Shown one piece after another: positions 20,128-29,750 of a stretch of DNA of 47,694 nt. The stretch is taken from the NCBI GenBank assembly GCA_001792535.1, contig MGGS01000001.1, forward strand, positions 1 to 47,694, written 5' to 3'. Position 1 is the stretch's first letter. Every line of letters begins with the position of its first letter. The stretch is from Candidatus Woesebacteria bacterium RIFCSPHIGHO2_02_FULL_42_20 (lineage in GTDB: Bacteria > Patescibacteriota > Microgenomatia > UBA8517). The position numbers and the translations under genes were made by a program. The notes beneath the pieces were generated by a model. The model had not been told where the DNA came from and made no database searches. It saw only the letters and a list, made by a program, of their open reading frames with translations.

Positions 20128-20905
20128 CTTCGTAGAAATATTCAAACAGTAGTGTCGACAAATAAAACCATTTCGGGCTTGGTTTAAACGGCCTGCCGCT
20201 GCCCAAGGTTTGCATTTGGCTACGGTGAGCGTAAAATGCCTTTATTTTTGAAGTTATTTGTCCGCCTATAAATATTTTGAGAGTCGGAGCAGTTCTTAGT
20301 TTCTTAAAGGTAGGTGACTTGGCCATATGTTCGGGCAATTTTATTTTGCTTATGAACTTTCTGTTCGGGCTCGCGTACCAAAGCTTAGCCCGTTCATGTT
20401 TGTTAACTGCATCGGTTACCACACGGGACAGCGCCATATGGTCTTCATGCCCGTAAAGACCCGATAGATCATAAGTAATCACCAGGTCAAAGTTTTCTTT
20501 GGCCAGTAATTTTTCAAAATAAATAGCCATTCTTTGTTTTTTTTGACTGAGTAAGCCGTCGCCAAAGTCTTTGACTATCACTTTTTTGTAGCCTAAGATT
20601 TTCCCCGACCGCTTGCCTTCCTTTGTTCTGATTTTGCGAAGGATGTGCTCGCGGTGTGCGTCCGTTGTCCCTTTTTCACCTTTGGTGAAAAGTAAAAGAG
20701 TTGTGTCGGCTCCCTGTTTTGCTGTTTTTTTAATGAATCCACCACAGGTAAAAATTTCATCATCCGGGTGAGGAAAAGTCACGAGGATTTTCTTAAACGG
20801 GATGTCTCTTGTTGTTTTAATTGAAAAGTCGTTGAGATTAATAAAGATCACAATCCATACAAATACAATGACCGCCAAAAGTATGGTAAGAAAGAGCGCA
20901 AACAT
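20120..20905 (-). CDS. PIG-L/LmbE family deacetylase with N-terminal membrane anchor
   Basis: FPHPDDE, TKGEKG, R..E, GLYGHEDH, AHRSQ motifs. Confidence 0.9.
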   Translation of the reverse strand: MFALFLTILLAVIVFVWIVIFINLNDFSIKTTRDIPFKKILVTFPHPDDEIFTCGGFIKKTAKQGADTTLLLFTKGEKGTTDAHREHILRKIRTKEGKRSGKILGYKKVIVKDFGDGLLSQKKQRMAIYFEKLLAKENFDLVITYDLSGLYGHEDHMALSRVVTDAVNKHERAKLWYASPNRKFISKIKLPEHMAKSPTFKKLRTAPTLKIFIGGQITSKIKAFYAHRSQMQTLGSGRPFKPSPKWFYLSTLLFEYFYEVN

Positions 20906-20956
20906 AGTGGAATATTATCAAAAACTCCTGGCAATTAACATGTCAGATTGCTTCTT

Positions 20957-20982
20957 GTTCTACTGTTCTAGAATAGTAGAAC
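20957..20982. repeat. Near-perfect 26-bp palindrome in a divergent intergenic region
   Basis: GTTCTACTGTTCT|AGAATAGTAGAAC, one mismatch. Confidence 0.85.
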
Positions 20983-21141
20983 GAACGGTATTCTTGCGTT
21001 TCCTGAAATTTGTTACAATTTTCTTGTGAATTAACTTGGCAGACGACCCGAAGAGTTTAGAAGAGAATTTTAGAATTTGACTGCTGGAGTTGTAAAAGTG
21101 GAATTTTAAATAAAAGATGTATAAAATTGCACCATAACTCG

Positions 21142-21582
21142 ATGTCTATTGAAATAAGATTAGTTGAGTCAGCGTTGGGCTTTTATCGTTATAAGAAACC
21201 GGGCAGTACTGAAGCTTGTGTTGTAAATGGTCGTTCATGTTCACAAAGATTTGAAGATACTATGCGTGATGCTTTGAATAGAGACATGACTCCTGGGCAA
21301 GCGATTAGTCAAGCAGTCTTGTTTGTAGTGGATACTTGTGTGGAAATAAATGAGTTTTCGCGACCAGAAGCCCTTGCAACTTTAGTTGGAGGAACTATAG
21401 GAAGTGTTGTTGGGCTTCCGCTTGGTGCATGCAACTGTCGTCCCGAAAAATTTACGCAGCAGGTGATTGGAGACGCTAGTATTGTTTATCGTATTTCAAG
21501 GGATGTTGGCATGACCGCAAGAGCAGCCGTTGAATCTGCTGCTGGAGTTCTTGCACACCCAAAAAAGCACGGTTTTTGTTGA
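21142..21582 (+). CDS. Hypothetical protein (orphan-like, six Cys)
   Basis: 146-aa ORF from ATG 21142 ending 1 nt before glyQS; no family recognised. Confidence 0.6.
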   Translation: MSIEIRLVESALGFYRYKKPGSTEACVVNGRSCSQRFEDTMRDALNRDMTPGQAISQAVLFVVDTCVEINEFSRPEALATLVGGTIGSVVGLPLGACNCRPEKFTQQVIGDASIVYRISRDVGMTARAAVESAAGVLAHPKKHGFC

Positions 21583-21583
21583 T

Positions 21584-22948
21584 ATGATGGATTTAATGGA
21601 CAAAGTTGTAAGTCTTGCGAAGAGACGGGGGTTTGTTTATCCCTCTTCTGAGATATATGGCGGCCTAGCTAACGTTTGGGATTTTGGTCCAATGGGTACA
21701 CTGCTGAAGAATAATATTCGTGACGCTTGGTGGAAACACTTCGTACTTGATCGAGCCGATATGGTTGGAATTGACTCGTCAACGATTTTGCGTCCGGAAG
21801 TCTGGCATGCTTCCGGTCATGTAGCAGGATTTAATGAAGCTATGGTTGACTGCAAGGAGTGTGGTAATAGAGTCCGGGCAGACCACTTAATTGAAGATAG
21901 ATTTTCAGATAAAAAGGTTGAGGGTTTGCCCTTTGAGGAGTTGGATAGGATCATCTCAAAAAATAAAATTGTCTGTCCTAAGTGTGGCAAAACTGATTGG
22001 ACGAATGTGCGCAAGTTTAATCAACTTGTGGAAGTAAAAATTGGGGTTTTGGAGGAAGGAAAGAATTTGGCTTATCTTCGAGGAGAAATTGCACAGGGAC
22101 TGTTTTTGAATTTTAAAAATGTCTTAAATACTACTCGTGTGAAGATTCCTTTTGGGATAGCCCAGCAAGGAAAAGCCTACAGGAATGAAATTACAATGGG
22201 TCAGTTTACTCACCGTACGTTTGAATTTGATTTAATGGAATTTGAATATTTTATAAAGCCAGAAACATGGGAAGAAGTTTTTGAAATGTGGCGCAAGGAA
22301 ATGTGGAAATGGGCCTTAAACCTGGGAATTAATGAAAAGAGTCTCAAATGGCGAGAACACGAGGACTTTGAAAGGTCACACTATTCCAAAAGAACTATGG
22401 ATATTGAATTTAAATATCCATTTGGTTGGAAAGAAATGTGGGGGATTGCTTATCGAACAGACTTTGATCTCAAAAATCACATGGAAAAGACGGGTGTGGA
22501 TATGCACTACACCGATCCGGACACGGGAGATAAATTTATACCGCATGTTATTGAGCCTACTTTCGGGCTTTCAAGATTAACAGGTATTATCCTGTTTAAT
22601 GCTTATAGCGAAGATGAAAAAAGAATTGTGTTAAAAATTAACCCACGTCTTGCACCATATAAGGTCGCGATTTTTCCGCTGCTTGCCAATAAGGAAAAAT
22701 TGGTAAAGAAAGCCCGCAAGATTTATGAAGCACTTAAAAGAGATTTAGTTGTAACTTGGGACAATAGAGGAAACATAGGCAAACGCTATTTTGCACAAGA
22801 CGAAATAGGTACACCTTGGTGCGTTACGATCGACTTTGAAACGCTTGATAAAGACACTGTTACAGTTCGTGATCGAAATACTGCCCGTCAGGAGCGAGTG
22901 TCGGTTGACAAACTTTCGACCTACTTCCAAAATAAATTAGAGGATTAA
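21584..22948 (+). CDS. glyQS: Glycine--tRNA ligase, alpha2 (eukaryote/archaeal) type
   Basis: KRRGFVYPSSEIYGG, WHASGH, YLRGEIAQG, HYSKRT.D, PHVIEP.FG, GNIGKRY..QDEIGTP; start at ATG 21584. Confidence 0.97.
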   Translation: MMDLMDKVVSLAKRRGFVYPSSEIYGGLANVWDFGPMGTLLKNNIRDAWWKHFVLDRADMVGIDSSTILRPEVWHASGHVAGFNEAMVDCKECGNRVRADHLIEDRFSDKKVEGLPFEELDRIISKNKIVCPKCGKTDWTNVRKFNQLVEVKIGVLEEGKNLAYLRGEIAQGLFLNFKNVLNTTRVKIPFGIAQQGKAYRNEITMGQFTHRTFEFDLMEFEYFIKPETWEEVFEMWRKEMWKWALNLGINEKSLKWREHEDFERSHYSKRTMDIEFKYPFGWKEMWGIAYRTDFDLKNHMEKTGVDMHYTDPDTGDKFIPHVIEPTFGLSRLTGIILFNAYSEDEKRIVLKINPRLAPYKVAIFPLLANKEKLVKKARKIYEALKRDLVVTWDNRGNIGKRYFAQDEIGTPWCVTIDFETLDKDTVTVRDRNTARQERVSVDKLSTYFQNKLED

Positions 22949-22951
22949 TAC

Positions 22952-23467
22952 ATGAAAAAATTTTTGCCGATTATTCTCTTCGTTGTTGGACTACTTGTAG
23001 TTATTGGTGCCGTTTTTGTCGTCAAGTCCCGAAACAATGTCACCATTGACGAAGACAGCGATCAATTAGCCCAAATACCCGTGGACCAGCGGCCGAATAT
23101 TTCGCTCACACCAATGTTTGATCTCAAGCCCAGGAGCGGCCTCTGGCTAAGGCTGGTTATTGAAGACATCAAGGTGGATAACGCCGCTTCTCTTGACTAT
23201 GACCTGTTTTATTTTTTGGAGAGCGGCAGACAAAACGGCGTGCGTGCATCTGTCGAATTGGCTAACCAAACCCGAATGGAGCGCGATATTTATCTGGGAA
23301 GTGAGTCTAACGGTAAGTTTTCGCAAGATAAGGACGTCCGGCGAGGAACGTTGACCGTCAAATTCAGGGATAAAGGCGGTAAGGTTATTGGTAAACTGTC
23401 GACCGATTTTACACTGGATGAGACTGCCGATGGCCCCAGTGTGACTATAAATTCTTCAAGCAAATAA
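22952..23467 (+). CDS. Hypothetical membrane-anchored protein
   Basis: N-terminal hydrophobic helix followed by a beta-rich domain; GAGGA upstream. Confidence 0.75.
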   Translation: MKKFLPIILFVVGLLVVIGAVFVVKSRNNVTIDEDSDQLAQIPVDQRPNISLTPMFDLKPRSGLWLRLVIEDIKVDNAASLDYDLFYFLESGRQNGVRASVELANQTRMERDIYLGSESNGKFSQDKDVRRGTLTVKFRDKGGKVIGKLSTDFTLDETADGPSVTINSSSK

Positions 23468-23481
23468 CTTCCGATAGTTGT

Positions 23482-23497
23482 ACCCCATATCTAGTGG
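23482..23497. promoter_or_regulatory. NrdR-box-like 16-mer
   Basis: ACCCCATATCTAGTGG matches the key positions of the acaCwAtATaTwGtgt consensus; single copy only. Confidence 0.4.
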
Positions 23498-23519
23498 TGA
23501 TTGTTTTCTGAAAGACATA

Positions 23520-23549
23520 TTGACAATTATCACGGCATTGTATCAAAAT
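23520..23549 (+). promoter_or_regulatory. Putative sigma70 promoter of the dcw cluster
   Basis: TTGACA (23520-23525), 18-nt spacer, CAAAAT (23544-23549). Confidence 0.5.
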
Positions 23550-23583
23550 GGTGTAAAGTGGTGATAAGTGAATAATAGTGTAT
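23548..23583 (+). promoter_or_regulatory. MraZ-binding direct repeats with 10-bp period
   Basis: ATGGTG/GTGGTG/GTGAAT/GTGTAT at 23548, 23558, 23568 and 23578, directly upstream of mraZ. Confidence 0.75.
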
Positions 23584-24025
23584 GTTGATAGGTCATTATT
23601 TTGTAAAACTGACTGCAAAGGGTAGGCTGGCTATACCGTCAAAATTCAGACGTGAGATTGGAAACAAGGCTATCGTTACGAGGTTTTACGAAAAATGTTT
23701 GGTATTGGTGGGTTTGTCTCGTTGGGAAAATCTGATGACTAAACTGACAAATAAAAGTGAGTTCATAACAGAGCCGATGAGAGATGTCGAACGCTTTATT
23801 TTAGGATCAGCATTTGAAGTCGATATGGATAGCCAAGGAAGGTTTGTGGTGCCTCAAGTGTTGAGGGGCTATGCAAATATAGGTGACGAGGTTGTTTTTT
23901 TAGGTCTCGGTGACAGAGCTGAAATTTGGAATAAAAAAGAGTGGGAGAAAAGGGAATCTAAAATTGAAGAATTTGCTCTGGAAAGTTTAGCAAATAGAGA
24001 GGAGGGAAGAAAGATAGGTGATTAG
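23582..24025 (+). CDS. mraZ: Division/cell wall cluster transcriptional repressor MraZ
   Basis: MLIG.Y..KL.AKGRLAIPSKFR, DSQGRFVVP..LR.YA, GLGDRAEIW. Confidence 0.95.
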   Translation: MLIGHYFVKLTAKGRLAIPSKFRREIGNKAIVTRFYEKCLVLVGLSRWENLMTKLTNKSEFITEPMRDVERFILGSAFEVDMDSQGRFVVPQVLRGYANIGDEVVFLGLGDRAEIWNKKEWEKRESKIEEFALESLANREEGRKIGD

Positions 24026-24108
24026 ACTAAATTGTACCGAAATGAAAAAAAGACTGGATGAAACAGTAGAATTTATAAGAATGTTTGAAAAAAAGGAGGC
24101 TAATGTAA

Positions 24109-24999
24109 ATGGTAAGGAAGCAAAAGACAGACGCGACTCATGAAAGTGTACTTGTTGAGGAGGTTATCAGCACTTTTAAATTAAAAATAAAGCGAAACCA
24201 AAGGATAATCGATGCCACGGTTGGAACCGGAGGCCATACTTTGGAACTAATTAAGAACGGAGCTTTGGTTTTGGGGCTAGAAATCGATCCAAAAATGAGC
24301 CAGATAGCAAGGTTTAGATTGGGTGAGATGCCATATAAATTAATTCTTGGAAACTTCAAAGACATTGACAGTATTGCCAAGAAAGAAGGCTTTACGGATA
24401 TCGACGGCGTGCTTTTCGATTTGGGGGTAAGTAACTTGCACCTAAAAGATATAAAGCGAGGTTTCTCTTTTGACACCCCGGAGGCCTTACTCGATATGAG
24501 GTTAAATGAGCAGGATCAGGGCGTCAAGGCTGCCGATCTACTCAATGTTTTGAGGAAAGACCAATTGACGGATCTTTTTGGAAAGGTACTGGGCTTTCGG
24601 GCAACAAAGTCGCTTGTAGACAGAATAGTAGAGTTTAGAAATGGCAAGCGTTTTACTGCCGTGGAGGATCTTCTTGGTGTGGTAGGAGGCGTGAGAACCA
24701 CGGGTAGGAATCCTGCCACTAAGGCGTTTTTGGCGCTACGAATTGCGGTAAATTTGGAAACTGAAAATATCAAAGAGGCGTTACCAAAAGCTTTTGCTCT
24801 GCTTAGAGCGGGCGGAAGGCTGTGTATTATCTCTTTTCACTCGCTCGAAGACAAAATTGTTAAAGCTTGTTTTACTAGTTTGGTAGCAAGTAAATTGGCA
24901 CAAAGTATTACAAAAAAACCTATAACACCGGGTTATCAGGAGTTAGAAAGAAACAGGAGATCAAGAAGCGCAAAAATGAGAGTGGTCGAAAAAATATGA
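24109..24999 (+). CDS. rsmH: 16S rRNA m4C1402 methyltransferase
   Basis: HESVL, DATVGTGGH, LFDLGVS, RGFSF, LDMR, ALRIAVN, ISFHSLED, RSRSAKMR. Confidence 0.97.
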   Translation: MVRKQKTDATHESVLVEEVISTFKLKIKRNQRIIDATVGTGGHTLELIKNGALVLGLEIDPKMSQIARFRLGEMPYKLILGNFKDIDSIAKKEGFTDIDGVLFDLGVSNLHLKDIKRGFSFDTPEALLDMRLNEQDQGVKAADLLNVLRKDQLTDLFGKVLGFRATKSLVDRIVEFRNGKRFTAVEDLLGVVGGVRTTGRNPATKAFLALRIAVNLETENIKEALPKAFALLRAGGRLCIISFHSLEDKIVKACFTSLVASKLAQSITKKPITPGYQELERNRRSRSAKMRVVEKI

Positions 25000-25003
25000 A
25001 AAA

Positions 25004-25294
25004 ATGCAGCGATTAATGCAGACAGTAAAGTTACCCAAAATTATTTTGGTGGTTTTGTGTGGGCTGTTTTTGATTAATATTTCACTAATTGTTTTTATGT
25101 CGACAAATAGTACTGTTTTGCATGAACTGGAAATTCAAAGGGAAAAACTGGAGAATGAGAATTTGTCCTTAAAGTCGGATTTAGTTAATTCAAGCTCGCT
25201 TTCGCAAGTTGCCCAAACAGCCCGAGAGTTGGGGATGGACAAACCGGGGACAATTTACTACTTAAATACGCCGGACTCGGTTGCCAGTCGGTGA
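25004..25294 (+). CDS. ftsL: FtsL-like cell division protein
   Basis: Single TM, coiled coil, ARELGM motif; position between rsmH and the PBP gene. Confidence 0.7.
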   Translation: MQRLMQTVKLPKIILVVLCGLFLINISLIVFMSTNSTVLHELEIQREKLENENLSLKSDLVNSSSLSQVAQTARELGMDKPGTIYYLNTPDSVASR

Positions 25295-25309
25295 TTGGGT
25301 CTCAAAAAT

Positions 25310-27019
25310 ATGCGAGTGCGAATCAAAATACTTTTCATCGTTTTTTGCGTGGCAATTCTGGGGCTTATTGCCAGGCTATTTTACTGGCAAGTTGTCAGAA
25401 ATTCCGAACTTACGGCTTTCGCAAAGCTTCAGCACAGTCTGGGTACGTCAATTTCTGCCTCTCGTGGCAGTATTTTAGGAAGTGACGGTTCGTGGCTGGC
25501 TACAAGTGTCGAAGGCTGGCTTCTGTTTGCACAATTGCCGGATGTGATTTTAGATCCCAAAACAATTGCAAATAAACTCGCGCCTGTATTTGTCGACGAT
25601 AAAGATAACGCAGTTTTACTCGGGGAGACATTAAGAATCGAGGGCCTTTTAGCAAAAGCAGGTGCGGTTTGGGTACCAATAAAGGCCAGAGTAGACAGAA
25701 GTAAAAAAGAACAGATCGAGTCGATGCAAATTTCGGGATTGGGTTTCGAGAGCGAGAATAGACGTGTTTACCCTGAAGGTGAGTTAGCCGGCCAAACATT
25801 GGGTTTTGTGGGAAAGAATGAACAGGGCGAGGATGTTGGCTATTTCGGACTTGAAGGCTATTGGGATTTGGCATTGAAGGGGAAAATGGGTTTTTTGGAA
25901 AGGGAGACGGATGCCATAGGTATCCCGATTATTCACGGTAAACAAACGCAAGTCGAAGCCTCAACCGGTGTGGATGTCGTTACTCATATAGACAAAGGGG
26001 TGCAACTGGTTGTTCAAAAAAAACTTGCTGAAGGCATTGACAAATACGGTGCGAAGGCGGGGACAATCATAGTTATGGACCCATATACCGGAGCGGTAAT
26101 GGCCAACTCGTCCTACCCATTTTACGAACCGCAAAATTATACCGATTACTCAAATGACTATTTCAAAGATTCAGTGGTTTCGGACACTTTTGAGCCGGGA
26201 TCAATATTTAAGGTTTTGGTTATGGCATCGGCGCTTGATGCGGGTGTTATTGAACCAGACACCAAGTGCGACATGTGCAGCGGCGCCTATAAGGTAGACA
26301 AGTATCTGATTGAGACATGGGATGGAAAATACTATCCGGATTCTACGATGACCGATGTGATTGTTCACTCGGATAACGTCGGGATGGTGTTTGCGGCTAG
26401 GCGAATTGGCGCGGATGCTTTGTACGACTATTTAGAAAGTTTCGGAATAGGTGAAGTAACGGGCATTGATTTACAAGGCGAAGTTAGTGTGCCTTTGAGA
26501 GAAAAGAATAGCTGGTCCCAAATTGATTTGGCTACAATTTCATTCGGCCAGGGGGTTGCTGTTACACCAATTCAAATGCTAACCAGTGTCTCGGCAATCG
26601 CAAATGGGGGTACCCTTGTTAAACCCCAGGTTGTTGACAAAGTTGTTCGAGAAGATTGGGTGGAAGACATTAAACCTGAAAATAAACGTAGAGTACTAAG
26701 GCCGGAAACTGCGGCAAAAGTTAAAAATATGATGGTTGAGGCTGCAAAAAATGGTGAGGCGAAGTGGACCAGTTTAAGAGGATTTAAAGTTGCCGGTAAG
26801 ACTGGCACGGCGCAAATTCCAGTTGCCGGGCATTATGATAAAGACAAAACCGTGGGGTCGTTTGTGGGTTTTGCGCCCGCGGACAAGCCCAAGTTTGCTA
26901 TGTTAGTAACTCTTCGTGAACCCGAGTCATCACAGTGGGCTAGTGAAACGGCTGCACCTTTATGGTTTGATATTGCTAAAGACCTGTTTCCCTATTTTGG
27001 AATTACGCCGGGGGAGTAG
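25310..27019 (+). CDS. ftsI: Class B penicillin-binding protein (FtsI-like)
   Basis: RGSI, R.YP, GLE, SxxK (EPGSIFK), SxN (HSDNVG), KTGTAQ; start placed at ATG 25310. Confidence 0.93.
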   Translation: MRVRIKILFIVFCVAILGLIARLFYWQVVRNSELTAFAKLQHSLGTSISASRGSILGSDGSWLATSVEGWLLFAQLPDVILDPKTIANKLAPVFVDDKDNAVLLGETLRIEGLLAKAGAVWVPIKARVDRSKKEQIESMQISGLGFESENRRVYPEGELAGQTLGFVGKNEQGEDVGYFGLEGYWDLALKGKMGFLERETDAIGIPIIHGKQTQVEASTGVDVVTHIDKGVQLVVQKKLAEGIDKYGAKAGTIIVMDPYTGAVMANSSYPFYEPQNYTDYSNDYFKDSVVSDTFEPGSIFKVLVMASALDAGVIEPDTKCDMCSGAYKVDKYLIETWDGKYYPDSTMTDVIVHSDNVGMVFAARRIGADALYDYLESFGIGEVTGIDLQGEVSVPLREKNSWSQIDLATISFGQGVAVTPIQMLTSVSAIANGGTLVKPQVVDKVVREDWVEDIKPENKRRVLRPETAAKVKNMMVEAAKNGEAKWTSLRGFKVAGKTGTAQIPVAGHYDKDKTVGSFVGFAPADKPKFAMLVTLREPESSQWASETAAPLWFDIAKDLFPYFGITPGE

Positions 27020-27042
27020 TATAATGATCGGGCACGAGATTC

Positions 27043-28329
27043 ATGGATATAGTTGTAAAAGGTGGGCAGACGTTAGCCGGTGAGGTTACGCCTTCCGGAA
27101 GTAAGAACTCCGCAGTTGCCATTATACCCGCTACCGTTTTATTTGATAAACCAGTAAAACTTACTAATATTCCGGATATCACCGATGTGGCTTCTCTGGT
27201 CGACATACTTCGCGGTTTCGGTTCCAAAATAAAGTGGGATAAGACCAAAAAAATAATCGATATAGACAATAAAAATTTATCGTTTGAGAAAGTGGATTCC
27301 GAGTCGCTGGGTAAGATGCGCGGAACGTCACTTCTGTGGGGGCCAATGCTCATGCGGTTCGGTAAAGTTAATTTTGGCCAGCTCCCCGGTGGTTGTACTT
27401 TGGGTTTCAGAACTCTGTCTCCGCACTATAAAGCGCTTGAGAGCCTTGGAGTGCAAGTTGCTAATCGCGGAGATGGGGTTGTGATGGATGCCTCGCACGT
27501 TGTGGCTGGTACTGTATGGATGAGTGAAATGAGTCCGACGGCGACAGCAAACGTTATAATGCTTGCGACTGGACTTTCGGGGGTAACAAAGATAGTAGGT
27601 GCGGCCAGTGAACCCCAAGTACAGGATTTATGTAACTTTTTAGCTTCGGCGGGAGCAAAGATTTCCGGAATTGGCTCAAGCGTCCTTGTTGTCGAAGGAG
27701 TCAAAAGTTTAAGTTCGGTAACACACGATATTTTAAGCGATCATTATGAAATTACGACATTTTTAGCTATGGGTGCGGTCACCGGTGGAGAAGTCCGAGT
27801 AAAAAACGCCACGCCTGACTATTTCGGCTATATTAATCAGGTCTTTAGCAAGTTTGGCATAGTGATTTCCTATGACGGTGATACGGCGGTTGTCAAAAAA
27901 GGCCAGAAGGTCGCGCTAAAATATGAAGAAGGCAGAAATTTAATGACTGTCAAGGCACAGCCTTGGCCGGGGCTTCCGGTAGATACATTGCCGCTTTTTA
28001 TTCCGATAGCTTTAACGGCAGCGTCAGGACACGTCTTGTTTCATAATTGGATGTACGAGGCCGGGCTTTTCTGGACTTCCCAGCTGACCAAACTTGGTGC
28101 AAATATTGTGATGGCAGATCCCCACCGTGTTATTGTGCTCTCCGGAAGTAAACTTAAAGGGGCAAAAATGGAAGCACCTTATATTATCCGTGCTACTGTC
28201 GCTATGGTGATGGCAGCAATGGTTTCCCAAGGCGATTCGGAAATATTAAATGCCGAGGCCCTTTATCGCGGACACCCTCATTTTGCCGAAAACCTCAAAA
28301 AATTAGGCGCTTCGATCAAAGAAAAGTAA
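27043..28329 (+). CDS. murA: UDP-N-acetylglucosamine 1-carboxyvinyltransferase
   Basis: SGSKNS, LPGGCTLG.R (active-site Cys), AASEP, RG near the C-terminus; TATAAT at 27020-27025. Confidence 0.95.
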   Translation: MDIVVKGGQTLAGEVTPSGSKNSAVAIIPATVLFDKPVKLTNIPDITDVASLVDILRGFGSKIKWDKTKKIIDIDNKNLSFEKVDSESLGKMRGTSLLWGPMLMRFGKVNFGQLPGGCTLGFRTLSPHYKALESLGVQVANRGDGVVMDASHVVAGTVWMSEMSPTATANVIMLATGLSGVTKIVGAASEPQVQDLCNFLASAGAKISGIGSSVLVVEGVKSLSSVTHDILSDHYEITTFLAMGAVTGGEVRVKNATPDYFGYINQVFSKFGIVISYDGDTAVVKKGQKVALKYEEGRNLMTVKAQPWPGLPVDTLPLFIPIALTAASGHVLFHNWMYEAGLFWTSQLTKLGANIVMADPHRVIVLSGSKLKGAKMEAPYIIRATVAMVMAAMVSQGDSEILNAEALYRGHPHFAENLKKLGASIKEK

Positions 28330-29750
28330 TGAAATTAACCGATCTTCTTAAGGGTATAAAATGCGAGGTCTTTGGCGGAAAGGATATTAATATAAGTGCC
28401 GTTACGCCGGATTCCAGAAGGGTAAAAAAAAATAGTCTATTTGTCGCTGTTAAGGGCCTCAATGTTGATTCCCATGAATTTATAGATCAGGTTATTGAAA
28501 AAGGTGCGGCAGTTGTTGTCGGCGAGGTAAAGCCGGCTGCCGATTGGCTTGGCAAGATTACATATGTCAAAGTGGCTAACTCAAGAAAAGTACTTGGCTG
28601 CCTTGCAGCTAACTGGTTTGGTAATCCTTCGCGGAAGCTTGCTGTCATTGGGGTAACAGGCACAGACGGTAAGACTACTACCTGTAATTTTATTTATTCG
28701 ATTTTAAACTTTTCCGGTCACAAAACAGGGTTGGTGACGTCGATTAACGCGAAAATTGGAGACAAAAGCCTAGACACAGGTTTTCATGTCACAAATCCTG
28801 AGCAGTTGGAACTTCAAAAAATTTTAAAGCTGATGGTTGATGCAGGCTGCGAGTTTGCAGCTATTGAAGTTACCTCGCACGGACTTGACCAGGAAAGGGT
28901 TGCCGGAGTCGGGTTTAAAGCCGGGCTAATTACCAATGTTACCCACGAGCACTTGGATTACCACAAAACTTACGATAGCTATCTTTTAACTAAAGCGAAA
29001 TTAATGACGATAAGTGATTTTGTGGTTTTGAACAAGGACGACGGTTCATATAGAAAACTTAAAAGAATGGCTCCCGCAGACCATCTTACCTTTTCCATTC
29101 ATGACAACTTCTTGGATAAAAAGACGAATGAGCATTTGGCCCAACTGTTCCCCGGAAACTACAATGTCATGAATGCTTTGGGCGCGGCAGTATTGTGTCG
29201 AAAGTTTAGTATCTTGGACGAGAATATTAATTCAGGTTTACGGGCAATCAGAAAAATCCCAGGGAGATGCGAGAAAGTGGGTAACACGAGAGGTATAAAA
29301 CTTATAGTCGATTTTGCTCATACGCCGAATGGCTTAAAAAGCGTTTTGGCTGTGCTTAAGGCAAGCAGTCAAGGCAAACTTGTTTGTGTATTTGGTTGCG
29401 CTGGTGAAAGAGATCTTTTAAAAAGACCCTTAATGGGTGAGATATCCTCGAAGCTTGCAGATGTTACTGTATTAACTGCCGAGGACCCGAGATATGAGGA
29501 TGTTGACCGGATAATTGCCCAGATAAAAAAAGGGGTAAATGCCAAAAGTAAGGTTATCTGTATACCGGAACGAGGGGAAGCAGTTTGGTATGCTATAAAT
29601 AAAGTTGCCAAGTTAGGCGACACAGTTGTCATTTGCGGCAAAGGCCACGAAAAGTCGATGGCCTATAAGGGGATAGAATACCCTTGGAGTGACCGCAAAG
29701 CGGTCAAACTGGCCTTGGAGGGTAAAATATTTAAGGTAAATCATGGTTGA
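28329..29750 (+). CDS. murE: UDP-MurNAc-tripeptide synthetase MurE
   Basis: DSRRV, GVTGTDGKTTT, EVTSHGL.Q.R, EHLDYH, DFAHTP, FGCAGERD..KR..MG, AEDPR, GKGHE. Confidence 0.93.
   Translation: MKLTDLLKGIKCEVFGGKDINISAVTPDSRRVKKNSLFVAVKGLNVDSHEFIDQVIEKGAAVVVGEVKPAADWLGKITYVKVANSRKVLGCLAANWFGNPSRKLAVIGVTGTDGKTTTCNFIYSILNFSGHKTGLVTSINAKIGDKSLDTGFHVTNPEQLELQKILKLMVDAGCEFAAIEVTSHGLDQERVAGVGFKAGLITNVTHEHLDYHKTYDSYLLTKAKLMTISDFVVLNKDDGSYRKLKRMAPADHLTFSIHDNFLDKKTNEHLAQLFPGNYNVMNALGAAVLCRKFSILDENINSGLRAIRKIPGRCEKVGNTRGIKLIVDFAHTPNGLKSVLAVLKASSQGKLVCVFGCAGERDLLKRPLMGEISSKLADVTVLTAEDPRYEDVDRIIAQIKKGVNAKSKVICIPERGEAVWYAINKVAKLGDTVVICGKGHEKSMAYKGIEYPWSDRKAVKLALEGKIFKVNHG

Noticed and set aside
20802-21029. 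75-aa plus-strand ORF
   Set aside because: Overlaps the PIG-L gene antisense and the palindrome; no recognisable features
20906-21141. tRNA, riboswitch, oriC or dif site in the long intergenic gap
   Set aside because: No cloverleaf, known riboswitch motif, DnaA-box cluster or dif consensus recognised by eye; an Rfam scan would be needed to exclude an RNA fully
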